The notes under the pieces are model-generated. The model did no database searches. It worked only from the letters and a program-made list of their open reading frames with translations, and had not been told where the DNA came from. A DNA stretch of 48,335 bases from a virus (taxonomy: Duplodnaviria; Caudoviricetes). Shown one piece after another: positions 46,795 to 48,335 of the stretch; within the stretch, counting starts at the first letter, position 1; each line of letters opens with the position of its first letter. Both the position numbers and the translations under genes were made by a program. Location of the stretch: the IMG/VR virus record IMGVR_UViG_3300017914_002150, positions 1-48,335 of that record. One strand, given 5' to 3'.

Positions 46795-48335
46795 TTATGA
46801 TAGGTTTAATGAGTAGTACACGTCTTCCAGTCCAACCATTCCGTATAAGGCAATATCTCCACCGCCTCCACCGCCTCCTGCGCCATTGACCCAAGACTGA
46901 CTGTCCGCACTGTATACTAAAGCTTGACCATCTTCTGGTCCTGTTATATTTACATCAGCTAGATCATTTAATCCTGCACCAGCATCAACGCCTCCAGAGA
47001 AGGTGGCTGATAAATTTCTAAACAATCCTGCTTGATAAATGTGTGAATCATCTTCGACTGTTAAGTCCGTACACTGCTTCTTTAACAGCAAGGTAGCAAC
47101 ATGTATTGCTTGTTGAGATGTATTTTCTGCTTCAGTAAAGTCCTCTAAAAATAAATGTCTTTCTGCTGCATCTTTATTTTCGTAATAAGCTCTACCGTAA
47201 TAAACTACTAATATGTCTGGAGTAGAAGGAAAATAATAAACTCTTTGTATGCTGTACTTGTTATTAGGTACAGTAGCTAAACCATTCTGATTATTGAATT
47301 TAGTTGGGTCAATTGTAGTGTAACCTTGACCGTTTGGACCATCATCTAAAACAAAATTTCCATTAGAGTCTTTATGATACCTGTGTATTTTACACAAAGT
47401 TTTAGCACCATCAATTATATCAGAAGGTGCGTTAGGGTTTGTTGAGTAATTTCTACCTACCGCAAAGGCTTTACCAGATGATCTATCTAAAGATAAGTTA
47501 TTTCCGTTAGCCGTTATTTTATGGCCTTCCCTTTTTAATGGTCCAAAAAATCTTATAAACTCGTGAAACTGTGTGTTAGAGTTATAAGCTGTTATTGGAA
47601 AAGTTTTTGCAAATAAAACTTGTCCAGCAGAGTGTATAACAGAACCAATAATTATTTTGTTTCTATATTGAGCGTCTGTAAAAGCTGTGGCTTGTTGTGA
47701 AACAGTTCCATCTTGATTAATATAAATCCAAGCATTACGTTGTTCAGGATCGTTAGCGTCAAGATTACTTACAGTAATGTGCTGTTGCGTCCAGTCTACA
47801 TATACGATTTCTGGATGTGGAACCGTTGAAGATGTTTTATTTAGAACATTTATAATACCCCTTCCAGCTTCTATTGTAAACTTAGTGTTATCTGTTGCGT
47901 GTGCAGATAGCTCACCACCAACTAATATACCTGTAGATATTTCTTCGGTTAAAGTGTCAACAGATAAGGTGTGGTTGTGGTATCTAAACTCCAGTACATT
48001 ATGATTATCCTTTTCAGCAACATATATACCGTCACTTATATTAGGTGTGTTTTCTTCAGTGCCAGTAAATTTAATAGTCCCACCCAAAGACACATCTTCT
48101 GCTATCGTTGCACTACCAGTACTATCTACGTTACCAGTAGCCGTATCTACAATAAAATTACCAGAACCAACATCAAGTTGAGTGTCATTAAATGTAAGGT
48201 TTGTATTGCCCTCTATCTCTCCGTTAGGTCCAGCCACGACAATGTTGTTGTCAGTCAAATCCTCTACGTTAGCCGAAGAAAGAGTAGCTTGTCCATCTAC
48301 ATCCAGTGTTCCAGTAATCTGTTGATTTGCACCAA
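46795..48335 (-). CDS. Tail fibre protein, 5' end truncated by the window edge
   Basis: Frame stays open to the window end (GANQQITGTLDVDGQATLSSANVEDLTDNNIVVAG...). C-terminal fibre repeat 'LNDLADVNITGPEDGQALVY...W.N' and a poly-Gly linker. Confidence 0.7.
   Translation of the reverse strand, partial: GANQQITGTLDVDGQATLSSANVEDLTDNNIVVAGPNGEIEGNTNLTFNDTQLDVGSGNFIVDTATGNVDSTGSATIAEDVSLGGTIKFTGTEENTPNISDGIYVAEKDNHNVLEFRYHNHTLSVDTLTEEISTGILVGGELSAHATDNTKFTIEAGRGIINVLNKTSSTVPHPEIVYVDWTQQHITVSNLDANDPEQRNAWIYINQDGTVSQQATAFTDAQYRNKIIIGSVIHSAGQVLFAKTFPITAYNSNTQFHEFIRFFGPLKREGHKITANGNNLSLDRSSGKAFAVGRNYSTNPNAPSDIIDGAKTLCKIHRYHKDSNGNFVLDDGPNGQGYTTIDPTKFNNQNGLATVPNNKYSIQRVYYFPSTPDILVVYYGRAYYENKDAAERHLFLEDFTEAENTSQQAIHVATLLLKKQCTDLTVEDDSHIYQAGLFRNLSATFSGGVDAGAGLNDLADVNITGPEDGQALVYSADSQSWVNGAGGGGGGGDIALYGMVGLEDVYYSLNLS

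Noticed and set aside
850-48004. Remaining short plus-strand ORFs in the track
   Set aside because: All are antisense to long, well-supported minus-strand genes and lack recognisable motifs.
171-48335. Stop-codon reassignment as in some crAss-like phages
   Set aside because: Genes are full length and tightly packed under code 11, and TAG/TGA end conserved genes such as terL and terS. The one break at 23524 needs a frameshift, not readthrough.

Overview
This window is the late/structural module of a tailed dsDNA phage with a podovirus-like layout. It resembles Bacteroidota (Flavobacteriia)-infecting phages distantly related to crAss-like/Cellulophaga phages. The host inference rests on TAnnTTTG promoter boxes and A-rich, SD-less translation starts. 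Almost all genes are on the minus strand, in this order: tail-fibre/RBP cluster, double GroES-like gene, terS, terL, portal, scaffold, major capsid, two ring/adaptor proteins, tail stabilisation (muzzle) protein, four glycosyltransferases, GNAT protein and three ejection proteins. The module ends at a hairpin facing the 3' end of a convergent plus-strand gene. The most striking feature is a candidate phage-encoded protein O-glycosylation ('phage mucin') system: a plant HPAT/SERGT1 (GT95/GT96)-like peptide O-glycosyltransferase, two GT2 and one GT32 sit beside tail proteins carrying long Thr/Ser/Pro mucin-like linkers. The main mucin-like extension joins the muzzle only across a T11-GA (UUU-UGA, +1) frameshift site. 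The muzzle gene appears split around ~9 kb of adhesin-like sequence, and two putative virion proteins carry cupredoxin-like His/Cys/His/Met repeats. All family calls come from motif recognition by eye; no database searches were run.
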